64,000 nucleotides of DNA from Nitrospirota bacterium (lineage in GTDB: Bacteria; Nitrospirota; JACRHJ01), in contig CAWJRJ010000019.1 of NCBI GenBank assembly GCA_963845245.1, positions 1,305-65,304 on the forward strand, written 5' to 3'. Numbering within the stretch: the first letter of the stretch is position 1; each line of letters opens with the position of its first letter. Under the pieces are notes generated by a model. That model was not told the origin of the DNA. It made no database searches and worked only from the letters and a program-made list of their open reading frames with translations. Positions 21,356 to 30,477 of this stretch are shown one piece after another. The position numbers and the translations under genes are program-made.

Positions 21356-22149
21356 TGCACCCAATATTATTTAAGTTAGGCCCCCTCACCATCCACACGT
21401 ATGGCGTGCTGGTGGCGCTGGCCTTCCTCGCCGGGATAATGCTTGCCGCACGCGAAGGGAAGCGCAAGGGCATCGAGCCAGAAAAGATTCTGGACCTGGG
21501 CTTCTACATACTCGTCGCCGCCATCCTCGGCTCAAGGATACTCCAGGTCGCCGTCGAGTACCGCTACTACATTCAGCACCCGCTCGAAATAGTGATGATA
21601 TGGAAGGGCGGGCTGGTCTTCTACGGCGGCTTCATCGGCGCGGTCTTCACAGCTATATGGTATCTGAACAGGCACTCGCTGCCGGTCTGGAAGGTCGGGG
21701 ATATCATAGCCCCGTCCATCGCGCTGGGCCAGGCGATCGGCAGGCTCGGCTGCTTCTCGGCGGGCTGCTGCTACGGCGCACCTTCCTGCGTACCCTGGGC
21801 CGTAACGTTCACAGACCCGGACTCACTTGCGGTTCTGGGAGTGCCTGTGCACCCCTCACAGCTATATGAGTCCTTCGGCGCGTTCCTCATTTTCCTGGGT
21901 TTGTTCCTGTACCGCAAGAAGATACAGTTCGACGGCCAGCTTTTCTGGCTCTACGCCCTCAGTTACTCGGTTCTGCGGTTCTCGCTCGAATTCCTGCGCG
22001 GCGACACAGACCGGGGCTTCCTGCATGCGGCAGGCTGGACGCTGTCCACTTCGCAGGGTATCGCGATCGGGGTGTTCCTCACCTCGCTGGTCATGCTCTC
22101 AAGGCTCAAGACGGCCTCACGCCATAAGATCAAGAACCTGAAGGGCTAG
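21355..22149 (+). CDS. lgt: Prolipoprotein diacylglyceryl transferase
   Basis: GGLVFYGG, GQAIGRLGC, HPSQLYES, RFSLEFLR motifs. Confidence 0.95.
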   Translation: MHPILFKLGPLTIHTYGVLVALAFLAGIMLAAREGKRKGIEPEKILDLGFYILVAAILGSRILQVAVEYRYYIQHPLEIVMIWKGGLVFYGGFIGAVFTAIWYLNRHSLPVWKVGDIIAPSIALGQAIGRLGCFSAGCCYGAPSCVPWAVTFTDPDSLAVLGVPVHPSQLYESFGAFLIFLGLFLYRKKIQFDGQLFWLYALSYSVLRFSLEFLRGDTDRGFLHAAGWTLSTSQGIAIGVFLTSLVMLSRLKTASRHKIKNLKG

Positions 22150-22154
22150 ACAAT

Positions 22155-22430
22155 ATGCAGCGCGCTTGCGATATAGGGAAGAAGAACAAGCTGGACCCTG
22201 AGCTGAGGAAGTACGTCCTCTCGTTCGCGATTGTCTTCGGGCTTGTCAGCCTCGTAGCGGGGTTTTACCTCGGCTTCGGCATCGTGTCGCACGAGTCTGT
22301 TATGGCCTCGCCGATCATGGAGAAGTTCTTCCTCAATACGTTTATCGCTATTTCATGCGGCGCGGCCGGGATGATTATCGGCGCGTTTGTGGGGAGTACG
22401 ATATATAGGGTGAAGACTAAGGGGAAATAA
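22155..22430 (+). CDS. Small two-TM membrane protein
   Basis: 91 aa, two hydrophobic helices, end of ileS operon. Confidence 0.6.
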   Translation: MQRACDIGKKNKLDPELRKYVLSFAIVFGLVSLVAGFYLGFGIVSHESVMASPIMEKFFLNTFIAISCGAAGMIIGAFVGSTIYRVKTKGK

Positions 22431-22484
22431 AACTATTATTTATTTCCCCTCTACAGTCATTTACTTCAGTTTATAGAATATGAA

Positions 22485-22868
22485 CTAAAGCTGCTCTCTC
22501 ACCTCTTCGGCCGTTACCACCATAACTCCCCGAGCCCAAGGGAATTGTTTCTTTGCCGCCTCGGCAAGTTCGCCTGAGAACTGAAAGTGAGCCTTCCCGC
22601 GTATCCTGCAACCCTTTCCGGGACCGCGCCCGCCCTGGACCTGCCGCGTGCCGCAAAGGAGTTCTATCCTGTTGTCACCCGCGAGGTTCCGCTCCGTCTT
22701 TTTATAACCTGCAACTGGTATGAGGATTTCGTCGTCCTTTATGCCAAGGGCTCTGATATAATCTCCCCAGGTAGCTGCAAGATGAGGCCCGTCCGGACCC
22801 GCTGTTGCAATGGCGACCCATTCCGCCTTGTCGAGAACCTCTCTGCATTTCCCCTCAATTTTAGTCAT
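22485..22868 (-). CDS. Pyridoxamine 5'-phosphate oxidase family FMN-binding protein
   Basis: Start MTKIEGK after AGGAGG; VAIATAGPDGPHL...TERNL...G.G.RIRG pattern. Confidence 0.82.
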   Translation of the reverse strand: MTKIEGKCREVLDKAEWVAIATAGPDGPHLAATWGDYIRALGIKDDEILIPVAGYKKTERNLAGDNRIELLCGTRQVQGGRGPGKGCRIRGKAHFQFSGELAEAAKKQFPWARGVMVVTAEEVREQL

Positions 22869-23167
22869 AACGCACCTCCTGAAACATTTTACAGTTAACC
22901 ACATCCAATATGGAAAGCGCTGTCATGTATTATGTAACAATGTATCTGCCTGACATTGTTATTTCAATTAATATAACATGCCGAATAGCGTCGGTCATCT
23001 ATATTATTAATTTAACTGTCATCCCACTCACCACTCATCCAGCATAACGACCCACAAAAAGCGTGGGTGCACCGGTTTTTGGTGTGGACCTCCCCGCTCA
23101 GAGCCCCCGGTTGGACGAAAGGCGGGCCCCGATGTATACTAATAAAAAATCCAACAGGAGGTCAGAA

Positions 23168-23596
23168 ATGGACAAACAAGCCATGAATATTGCGGCACAT
23201 GTGATGGACGACTACGGGAAGGCGTGCGGAAAAAAAGACGTGAACGCGCTTATGGATATGTTCGCGCCGGAGGAGGATATTGTAAACATAGGCACGCAGG
23301 GCGACGAGTGGTGGGTAGGCCGGGCTGCGCTTAGGCGCGGCTTCGAGCGCATGTTTGCCGAGGCGGAAGGCATAACAGTCCGGTACGAGGACCTAACGGG
23401 GGCGTCCGCCGGGCCGGTCTGCTGGTTCTCGGCAAAGGTGACCTTTGGAATGACGGTTGATGGACGGCGGATGACGATAACGGGGCGCAACTCAGGGGTG
23501 CTCGTGGAGCGGGGCGGCAGGTGGCTCATCGCGCAGTCGCACTTCTCGATCCCGGCTCCGGGTGCAGTGGGCAGTTCCATACCGAAGGCGGCGTAG
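23168..23596 (+). CDS. SnoaL/NTF2-like protein
   Basis: AGGAGG RBS; GTQGDEWWVG...R.SGVLVERGGRWLIAQSHFS. Confidence 0.82.
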   Translation: MDKQAMNIAAHVMDDYGKACGKKDVNALMDMFAPEEDIVNIGTQGDEWWVGRAALRRGFERMFAEAEGITVRYEDLTGASAGPVCWFSAKVTFGMTVDGRRMTITGRNSGVLVERGGRWLIAQSHFSIPAPGAVGSSIPKAA

Positions 23597-23663
23597 CACA
23601 TAATCGGGCAAGCCGCGCCAGTCTGCCGACGATTTAATAATCCAGGGGGGGCTCCCCCACATT

Positions 23664-23690
23664 GTAGGGGCCGACCTATGTGTCGGCCCT
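23664..23690. repeat. GTAG-type REP element
   Basis: GTAGGGGCCGACCTATGTGTCGGCCCT. Confidence 0.85.
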
Positions 23691-23733
23691 TTTCACATCC
23701 GAGATGTTCAACCGCTCGATTGCGATAAGACCC

Positions 23734-24292
23734 TCATAGGCCTTCGTATCTATAGCACCCCACGACATGGTCGTTCACCATGCCCACCGCCTGCATGAAT
23801 GCGTAACAGATCGTCGTCCCGACGAACTTGAAACCTCGCTCCTTCAGGTCCTTGCTCATCGCGTCCGACTCCGGCGTGCTGGCGGGGATGTCGGTCAGCT
23901 TCTTCCATGAATTGCGGATGGGTTTTCCACCGACGAACTGCCAGATGTACTTGTCAAAACTTCCGAATTCCTTCTGCACCTGGAGGAATGCCCGCGCGTT
24001 GGTTATGGCCGCGCCGACCTTCAGCCTGTTCCGCACAATCCCTGCGTCGGCAAGCAGTCTGGTGACATCCTTATCCGTGTACGCGGCAACTTTCTTGACG
24101 TCAAAGTTGTCAAACGCCCTTCTGTAGCCTTCGCGTTTATTCAGGATGGTGGACCAGCTAAGGCCTGCCTGCGCACCTTCGAGGACAAGGAACTCGAACA
24201 GTCTTCCTGTCGTCATGCGTCTCAACGCCCCACTCGTTGTCGTGATAGGACTGCATGAGTTCGCTACCGTTGGCCCATTCGCAACGCTTCAA
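23734..24292 (-). CDS. tag: DNA-3-methyladenine glycosylase I (frameshift near 24205)
   Basis: TTG start gives KRCEWA...YHDNEWG; LEGAQAGLSW, IVRNRLKV, GFKFVG, GMVNDH...C. Confidence 0.92.
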
Positions 24293-24318
24293 AAAACTTC
24301 CTCCCTGGCAGACTAGAA

Positions 24319-24357
24319 CCCCCCTCGCCTCACGGGAGAGGGGGCTGGGGGTGAGGG
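24319..24357. repeat. GC-rich palindromic repeat
   Basis: CCCCCCTCGCCTCACGGGAGAGGGGGCTGGGGGTGAGGG; same family as 2139..2175. Confidence 0.7.
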
Positions 24358-24358
24358 C

Positions 24359-25606
24359 TTACCGCAACAGCGCGAGTACCACCTCATCCAGCTTCACCAG
24401 TATCTCCTTGAACTCCCCGCCGAACCGCTTGGAGCCCGAGAACAGCCTCGCCCGAAGCTTTTCGACCTCCGGGTCGTGGCTCCTTATTGAACTCATGCCG
24501 CCGTTCATCATCGCAAGCCGCTCAAGGAGCAACAGGCTCTTCACGTCCTCGAAAAAAGGGATAACCTTCTCTCTCAGCGCAAGCACCTTCCCGGACGCAT
24601 CCGGGTCGATTGATTCCGCCGCAGCCTTCAGACGTTCCGCGATCTCCTTTATCAGCCCGAACAGCATGGAGTACTCCACACCCCGCACGCCACGCCGCCA
24701 CTGGAGCACCCAGGAGTTGCGCCAGTACCAGAGAAAGTTGCGCTCACCGAACTTTATGAACTCACGCGCCGCCCCAAGCATCTCTGCGGATGCCTTCACC
24801 GCATCGGGGGTCACCCTATACTCCTTGGACTTTGCCCTCTTATACCGCCCTGCCGGAGGCGAAGGCTTGCCTTTGGGCTTCAGGTACTCGACGAGGTTCA
24901 GGAGCGCCTGGTTGCCCTTTTTGCTGCCCGGCGTCTCAAGGTGCGGATACGACAAAAACACTCTTCCGTTGCCAAAACCAGTCTCTATTATGGCAGGCTC
25001 ACCCACCAACCGCTCTGGATTGAGGTTAATACCATAAGATTCTTCCCACTTCTCCCACTCACCGTATTTACCCACCCCGGATGAATCCAGGTCGGCGAGA
25101 CAGAAGTCCCTGCCCGGCCCGGCGTAGGAGGCGATAACCTTTATGCCGTCCCCCTCGCCCAGGTGGAACTGGCCCGGCCACCATACATGGAACGCGAACG
25201 GCTTCCTTATACCGCGCCAGAGGGGATGAGACGGCTCGTCTGCCCTCAGTATCACCTCGCCGCTGAAGCTCGGGACCCGGTGCTTCGTGGGGATGCGTGA
25301 TACATGCGTGAGGGCAAGACCTCCGTCCACATCCAGCGCAAGCCCGGCTCCGCCGCAGAAACCCATGTAGCTCCCGCCCCGCGCCACGAAATCGCGTATC
25401 GCCCCCCTGCCCTCCTCGCCAAGCATGACAGTCTTGTCCGACGCCCAGCCGCCCGGCACGAACAGGATGTCGTATGAATCAAGCGAACCGGCCCTGATGT
25501 TCTCCGACGTGACTATTCCAGAGTCTATGCCAAGCGCCCCAAAGCTTTTAAAGGCCATCAGGCCCCACAGAAACGACTCGTCCCACAGAAATGCTATCTT
25601 GGTCAA
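24359..25606 (-). CDS. BPL-N domain (class I glutamine amidotransferase-like) protein
   Basis: LFVPGG...GGSYMGFCGGAG, G.GRVFLSYPHLE. Confidence 0.78.
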   Translation of the reverse strand: MTKIAFLWDESFLWGLMAFKSFGALGIDSGIVTSENIRAGSLDSYDILFVPGGWASDKTVMLGEEGRGAIRDFVARGGSYMGFCGGAGLALDVDGGLALTHVSRIPTKHRVPSFSGEVILRADEPSHPLWRGIRKPFAFHVWWPGQFHLGEGDGIKVIASYAGPGRDFCLADLDSSGVGKYGEWEKWEESYGINLNPERLVGEPAIIETGFGNGRVFLSYPHLETPGSKKGNQALLNLVEYLKPKGKPSPPAGRYKRAKSKEYRVTPDAVKASAEMLGAAREFIKFGERNFLWYWRNSWVLQWRRGVRGVEYSMLFGLIKEIAERLKAAAESIDPDASGKVLALREKVIPFFEDVKSLLLLERLAMMNGGMSSIRSHDPEVEKLRARLFSGSKRFGGEFKEILVKLDEVVLALLR

Positions 25607-25779
25607 AACCCGCCTCCAATATACGTTTGAGAAGTAATGCTAACCCCCACTCAAGACCCGTGTCAAGCCTTTCTTAAAAAACGGATAATTACTTCTGCCG
25701 ATTCCTTGACCGTTTTAATATTGTTTGCTATTCTTTTTTTAACAGTCTTTATTAAAACAAGACATTTAACGGAGGGGAT

Positions 25780-26217
25780 ATGAGCAAAAAAGAGGAGCTT
25801 GTCGCCCGGAGGGCAAACTTTGAGAAGAACATCGCGAAGTGGATCGAAATTGAGGAACTGACTGTAGGGAGCTGCGACGCAATCATGAAAAAGTCGAAGA
25901 GCCAAATAGTCAACGCGATGATGAAGGCAATAAAGATGGACTCGATGAAGCACAAGGAGCTTCTTAAGGTCGTTCAGGAGTGCCTTGAGGGCACCATCAC
26001 GATGACCCCGGAAGAGCTCGGCACCATCTCAAGCCTTATCGAAGGCCACTCCAAGTTAGAGAAGGACGCGATAGACATCGCGGAGAAATCGCTTGCCGAC
26101 AGCAGACATTTCGTCATCTCGCAGATCATAAAGTACATCCTGGAGGACGAGCGGAAGCATTTCGCTATGGCGACCGACATGAACGCGTACAAGAGCCATA
26201 TCTACCCGTACGCATAA
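25780..26217 (+). CDS. Ferritin-like four-helix protein
   Basis: E...DSMKH and E...EDERKH paired metal-ligand-like motifs; GGAGG RBS. Confidence 0.68.
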   Translation: MSKKEELVARRANFEKNIAKWIEIEELTVGSCDAIMKKSKSQIVNAMMKAIKMDSMKHKELLKVVQECLEGTITMTPEELGTISSLIEGHSKLEKDAIDIAEKSLADSRHFVISQIIKYILEDERKHFAMATDMNAYKSHIYPYA

Positions 26218-26241
26218 ATCGGGCGTTTAGCCTCTTTTGCA

Positions 26242-26270
26242 TTGACAAATTACCGAAAATACTTTATAAA
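26242..26270 (+). promoter_or_regulatory. Putative sigma70 promoter
   Basis: TTGACA-17 nt-TATAAA. Confidence 0.55.
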
Positions 26271-26274
26271 TTAC

Positions 26275-26303
26275 AGTGGCCGGACAACCGGCCACTTTTT
26301 TAT
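26275..26303 (+). terminator. Intrinsic terminator-like hairpin
   Basis: AGTGGCCGG-acaa-CCGGCCACT followed by a T-run. Confidence 0.65.
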
Positions 26304-26368
26304 TTAATCTATGAAGCACCGGACGGGCTTGTAGCCCGGCTGAAAAACTATCAGGAGGATGGACAAAG

Positions 26369-26620
26369 ATGGGCAAGGAAAAGAAAGCAAAGAAATCTCT
26401 GGATACCAGGGTCGAGATACCGGCCGTAGAGAAGAACGCAATCAAGGCGTCGCTGAAGGCGCTCAAGGCCGAGAGGGACACAGCAGAGGGCGAACACGAC
26501 AAGAAGAAGCTCAAAGCCGTCCGCGCAAAGATGAAGCGCGTGAACCTGAAGCTCAAGAAGGTCAAGTCGATACCTGAGCCGCCGAAGGAAAAGGCCGCTG
26601 CGGAGCCAGCGGCAAGCTAA
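26369..26620 (+). CDS. Small Lys-rich basic protein
   Basis: 83 aa, host-like codon usage, AGGAGG nearby. Confidence 0.65.
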   Translation: MGKEKKAKKSLDTRVEIPAVEKNAIKASLKALKAERDTAEGEHDKKKLKAVRAKMKRVNLKLKKVKSIPEPPKEKAAAEPAAS

Positions 26621-26639
26621 GAATATAGATTAGGATTAC

Positions 26640-26715
26640 GGGCGGGTAGCTCAGCTGGAAGAGCAATGCCTTTACACGGCATGGGTCGCAGGTTCGATCC
26701 CTGTCCCGCCTACCA
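26640..26715 (+). tRNA. tRNA-Val (TAC)
   Basis: Cloverleaf: GGGCGGG/CCCGCCT acceptor, ATGCC-TTTACAC-GGCAT anticodon arm, GGTTCGATCC T-loop, CCA end. Confidence 0.96.
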
Positions 26716-26885
26716 TAATATTCAAGGACTTACGGGAGACCGTGAGTCCTTTTTTATTGGCAGTGTGCGGTTTGCATATTATTAATATAATCATCCAATA
26801 CTGCAAGAGCCTTTACTTTGTGTGTAGGCGCAAGGTGAGCGTACCTTAATGTCATGGTAAGCATCTTATGGCCTAATAGCTCTTT

Positions 26886-28370
26886 TTAGGTTGTTAAATC
26901 TGCCCCTGCCATCATTTCTGTCTTAGGGTCATTTACTCTGATAGAAACCTTGTTAGCCTCCACCTCTTTTGCTTTAGCACTAAGGTAATTATTAACCACC
27001 CAGCCTGCCAGTATCATAATGAACGGCTCAGTGGAAAAATGCATACGGTTTCCTTCCATGCCATCAACAAGTAAAGCCATCGCAAGCACCCACAGGATGC
27101 AGTAAAGCATAAAAACAGCTGTCATAACAATGGCTGGTTCTTTTTCCCATTGTCGAAATATATTAAAACAAGCCAACAGGATTATTGCGGGAAAAACAAA
27201 GGCGAAATATTTGAACAGAATAAATTCGTAAACAAGCATCCAATTTTGGATGGACACTGTTGGCGCTACCAACATTTTTGAATATGTATTGCGAGCTTCA
27301 TATGTAGAATAACCTTGAAAATAATATTTTATTGCCTTGTCGAGTATGAGCCAAGGGTTTTCCCTCATTAGTCTTATTGCCTTTGTTCCCATTTCTTTTG
27401 AATAAACAATTACGGCATAATGGTTCCAATTTACCGCCCCATTTGATTTATACAATGCAGAGAGAACAGGCATACTCAGATATTTCTCAGGCACCTCCGA
27501 GCTTGCTAATTTTTCAATCATTTGTTTTTGGGCCTCTTTTGGCTTATGAGACAAATAAACAAAGGAAATCGGAGGTGACGGAACCAACTCACGCGAAAGG
27601 TTGTAGCCTTGCCAACTGGAGTAACCAAAGACATCAAACTTTATATAATTTTTAATCGGCCAAGCCATAAGCACCAGTAATGTTATAAGTATACAAGCGG
27701 TTATTTTAATGAAATAGCTTTTTTGAAAATTATTGACGCGATGTCTAATCAAGAGCGGCAAACCGATAAGGATGGGAAACGGCCAGATGAAATGGAACAA
27801 GCTCCGGGTATAGACCATTGCTATTGTTAACATACAGATATATATGTAAGTTACAAGCCGTGGCTCTCTAAAATATCGGTATGCACAATAAGCCATCAAT
27901 GACAGGAAAAACAGTTCATAAATTGTATAAAAATAAATGTATATCGAGCTGTACAAATATGGATTAAAAATAAAGGGGATTATTACAGCGGATAAAATAA
28001 TGCGGTTGGTTATCATGGACTCCGCAAGACGGGTTATAACCAGTACAGCTGCGCATCCCAAGATAAAGCCAAGAGCCACAAGGCTGGTTTCCGGCAAGAT
28101 ACCAGTAAGTTTTTTAAGATGTAATGAAGCTCCTAATAAAACATTGATAAGCGGCGGCTGGGAATGAAGATTTATAATAGATTCCCAAAAACGGTTTTCC
28201 AAATGCACTGGGTCGAGCAATTGCCAATATTCGTGATTTATTGTAGCTCGGAATCCTGCCAGATACGCCGACAAGAATCCTGCCCAATATAGCCACAAGA
28301 ATCTATATTTTCCGGAGAATATTCTTTTGACGGAAAAAATAACAACAGACACAATATTGCATAGCCTCAT
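26886..28370 (-). CDS. AT-rich polytopic membrane protein, putative GT-C fold glycosyltransferase
   Basis: 494 aa with many TM helices; LHSQPPL resembles the HPPL-type loop motif of ArnT/PMT-like enzymes. Confidence 0.62.
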   Translation of the reverse strand: MRLCNIVSVVIFSVKRIFSGKYRFLWLYWAGFLSAYLAGFRATINHEYWQLLDPVHLENRFWESIINLHSQPPLINVLLGASLHLKKLTGILPETSLVALGFILGCAAVLVITRLAESMITNRIILSAVIIPFIFNPYLYSSIYIYFYTIYELFFLSLMAYCAYRYFREPRLVTYIYICMLTIAMVYTRSLFHFIWPFPILIGLPLLIRHRVNNFQKSYFIKITACILITLLVLMAWPIKNYIKFDVFGYSSWQGYNLSRELVPSPPISFVYLSHKPKEAQKQMIEKLASSEVPEKYLSMPVLSALYKSNGAVNWNHYAVIVYSKEMGTKAIRLMRENPWLILDKAIKYYFQGYSTYEARNTYSKMLVAPTVSIQNWMLVYEFILFKYFAFVFPAIILLACFNIFRQWEKEPAIVMTAVFMLYCILWVLAMALLVDGMEGNRMHFSTEPFIMILAGWVVNNYLSAKAKEVEANKVSIRVNDPKTEMMAGADLTT

Positions 28371-28415
28371 GGTTAAACGATTCTCCTATAAATCAATTTA
28401 TTAGTCAATAAAAAT

Positions 28416-28575
28416 GACGGCGTGCGCTTCCACGACCTTCGGCGCAAAGCGGCGAGCAGGATGGTGCGGCCACATTGTTTATAAAAGGTCGGTAAATTAC
28501 TGGGTCACAAGGATGTCAGGATGACCTAGCGTTAAGCGTATTTAAACATAGAGGGTTTACATAAAGACTTTGATG
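28416..28575 (+). pseudogene. Tyrosine integrase C-terminal remnant
   Basis: Reads VRFHDLRRKAASRMV...KVGKLLGHKDVRMT*R*AYL: box II HxxR and LLGH, with stops over the catalytic Tyr region. Confidence 0.85.
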
Positions 28576-28676
28576 TTCTGATGAATGTAGGGGATGGGGG
28601 ATGGTGCATGCGACATTTGCTAAAGTGACCGCCAAATAGGAAGAGGCCGGATAAATTTGTTATATTATTGCGAGAA

Positions 28677-28716
28677 GGCATGGGTCGCAGGTTCGATCCC
28701 TGTCCCGCCTACCATA
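28677..28716 (+). repeat. att site: duplicated 3' half of tRNA-Val
   Basis: Exact 40 bp copy of 26678..26717. Confidence 0.92.
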
Positions 28717-28813
28717 CTATAATAAAGAGGCTGGCCTTGATTGGTTGGCTTCTTTTCTTTTATCGTTCAGCAGTGGTTCCGCAGTTGCAGCTCCATCGGG
28801 TGCGGAGTTACCA

Positions 28814-29323
28814 TCAACGCTTGTATGCGAAGATCTGCTTGATGAAGTTCTCCAGGACTACGGGGTCACGGAGCCTTTCATCGTCCTCGACCGGCAGGAG
28901 CGGGAATCTTTCCATAAAGGAGCGCGCAAATATCCCGGCATCATCATCTGTGGGACCACCAGTTTCCGGATACACTTTGATACCGTCAATCCCGCAGCTG
29001 GGCGACCTGCTCTTAAATACGAAGCCGCACAATTCCTCTTTCTCAAGCCCGGCCATCCTAGTGCCAGCCCATTCCATCATCTTTGCCGTATAATCAACAC
29101 GCGTATTCAGGGTGACCAGCCTGGGGGACGACGGGCCGCCTTCCAGATGCATGGGCTCACGCGGGACCGGCAGGCCGCATTCGACTTCGGGACATACAGG
29201 GACTAACTGCACGAACCCTCCAAGAGTCTCTGTTAGATATTGGTCGAGTTTGTTTCCGCCGTCGTACCGGACATTGTTGCCCAGAAGACACGAACTTATG
29301 CCTACTTTGATTCCGGGTTCCAT
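28814..29323 (-). CDS. DUF523 / 2-thiouracil desulfurase family protein
   Basis: GISSCLLGNNVRYDG, VCPEVECGLPVPRE, KSRSPSCG. Confidence 0.88.
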   Translation of the reverse strand: MEPGIKVGISSCLLGNNVRYDGGNKLDQYLTETLGGFVQLVPVCPEVECGLPVPREPMHLEGGPSSPRLVTLNTRVDYTAKMMEWAGTRMAGLEKEELCGFVFKSRSPSCGIDGIKVYPETGGPTDDDAGIFARSFMERFPLLPVEDDERLRDPVVLENFIKQIFAYKR

Positions 29324-29553
29324 AATCTATTTCCCAATCATTTATATGCGGCTGATAAGCTATAGATCCTAATTATCCTCTACATACCGATAAATTTGCT
29401 AGTACTTATTATATCTTGCAAATCGCCGAAGCGGGTTCAAAAATGTGTTATAATTTTGTTAGATAGATCCTTCCGAGCCCAAAGCATCAATCCCAGCCCT
29501 ACGCTTCAACCGGCATCACCTTGAAAAAACAACTATTTTGATATGGTTCGCCT

Positions 29554-30456
29554 ATGGAAAGACCCAGGGTACTGGTAATAGACGACGACCCCAACATTAG
29601 AAGGACCCTGTCGGATATCCTGAATGCCAAGGGCTACGAACCAATATCGGCAAAAAACGGGGCCGAAGGACTAGGACTCTTAAAAACACGCCAGGCCAAC
29701 GTGGCACTCGTAGACCTCCAGATGCCAGGCGTTTCCGGCCTTGAAGTACTCGGAAGGATACGGTCCGACTACCCATCAACTGAAGTAATAATACTTACAG
29801 GCAACGCAACATTGGACTCGGCTATAGAGGCAACCAACAAAGGTGCCTTCTCCTTCATGCAGAAACCATACGAGATAGATCAGTTGCTCCTCCACATCAG
29901 ACGTGCCGTCGAAAAACAGATGGCGGAGATTGAAAAAATCAGACTCTACGATGAGGTGAGGTCCCTTTCTCTACACGACCCGCTGACGGGGCTTGCAAAC
30001 AGACGCTCACTTAACATACAGGCAGAAAAGCTCCATGAATCCGCAAAACGGTATAACAGACCTCTCTCAGCCATCATGCTGGACATCGACCATTTCAAGA
30101 TGTACAACGACACATATGGCCACCTGGAAGGCGACAAGGTGCTCATAAGGGTAGCAGCGATCCTCAGCAGGCTGGTACGAAATGCCGACTACGCGTTCAG
30201 GTACGGCGGCGAGGAGTTCCTTATACTGCTCCCGGAAACAGGTGCCGCGGATGCATATACACTTGCCGAGAGGCTTAGGGACGCGGTGGAAACCGGAACG
30301 GAAGTCACCATAAGCCTCGGTTTGTGTTCTTTCCCATGCCCATCAATCGAAGACCTCATCAAGAAGGCCGACTCAGCCTTGTACCAGGCTAAACAAACGG
30401 GCAGGAACAAAGTAGAAAAAGCTTCAGACGACCAGCGAAATGAAAGGTGTGCTTGA
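29554..30456 (+). CDS. Response regulator diguanylate cyclase (REC-GGDEF)
   Basis: REC domain; HDPLTGLANRR, DIDHFK, RYGGEEF. Confidence 0.92.
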   Translation: MERPRVLVIDDDPNIRRTLSDILNAKGYEPISAKNGAEGLGLLKTRQANVALVDLQMPGVSGLEVLGRIRSDYPSTEVIILTGNATLDSAIEATNKGAFSFMQKPYEIDQLLLHIRRAVEKQMAEIEKIRLYDEVRSLSLHDPLTGLANRRSLNIQAEKLHESAKRYNRPLSAIMLDIDHFKMYNDTYGHLEGDKVLIRVAAILSRLVRNADYAFRYGGEEFLILLPETGAADAYTLAERLRDAVETGTEVTISLGLCSFPCPSIEDLIKKADSALYQAKQTGRNKVEKASDDQRNERCA

Positions 30457-30477
30457 GTTAACCCAAGAGAGTGCAGC

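Larger units (their letters stand above)
26678..28716. mobile_element. Degenerate integrative islet in tRNA-Val bounded by 40 bp direct repeats
   Basis: GGCATGGGTCGCAGGTTCGATCCCTGTCCCGCCTACCATA at 26678..26717 and 28677..28716; AT-rich interior; integrase remnant. Confidence 0.88.

Noticed and set aside
23040-23140. Short hairpins upstream of the SnoaL gene as a possible riboswitch
   Set aside because: No recognisable aptamer consensus or expression platform could be identified by eye.
28668-29206. + strand ORFs starting in the att repeat
   Set aside because: They overlap the DUF523 gene antisense and begin in tRNA-derived sequence; spurious.
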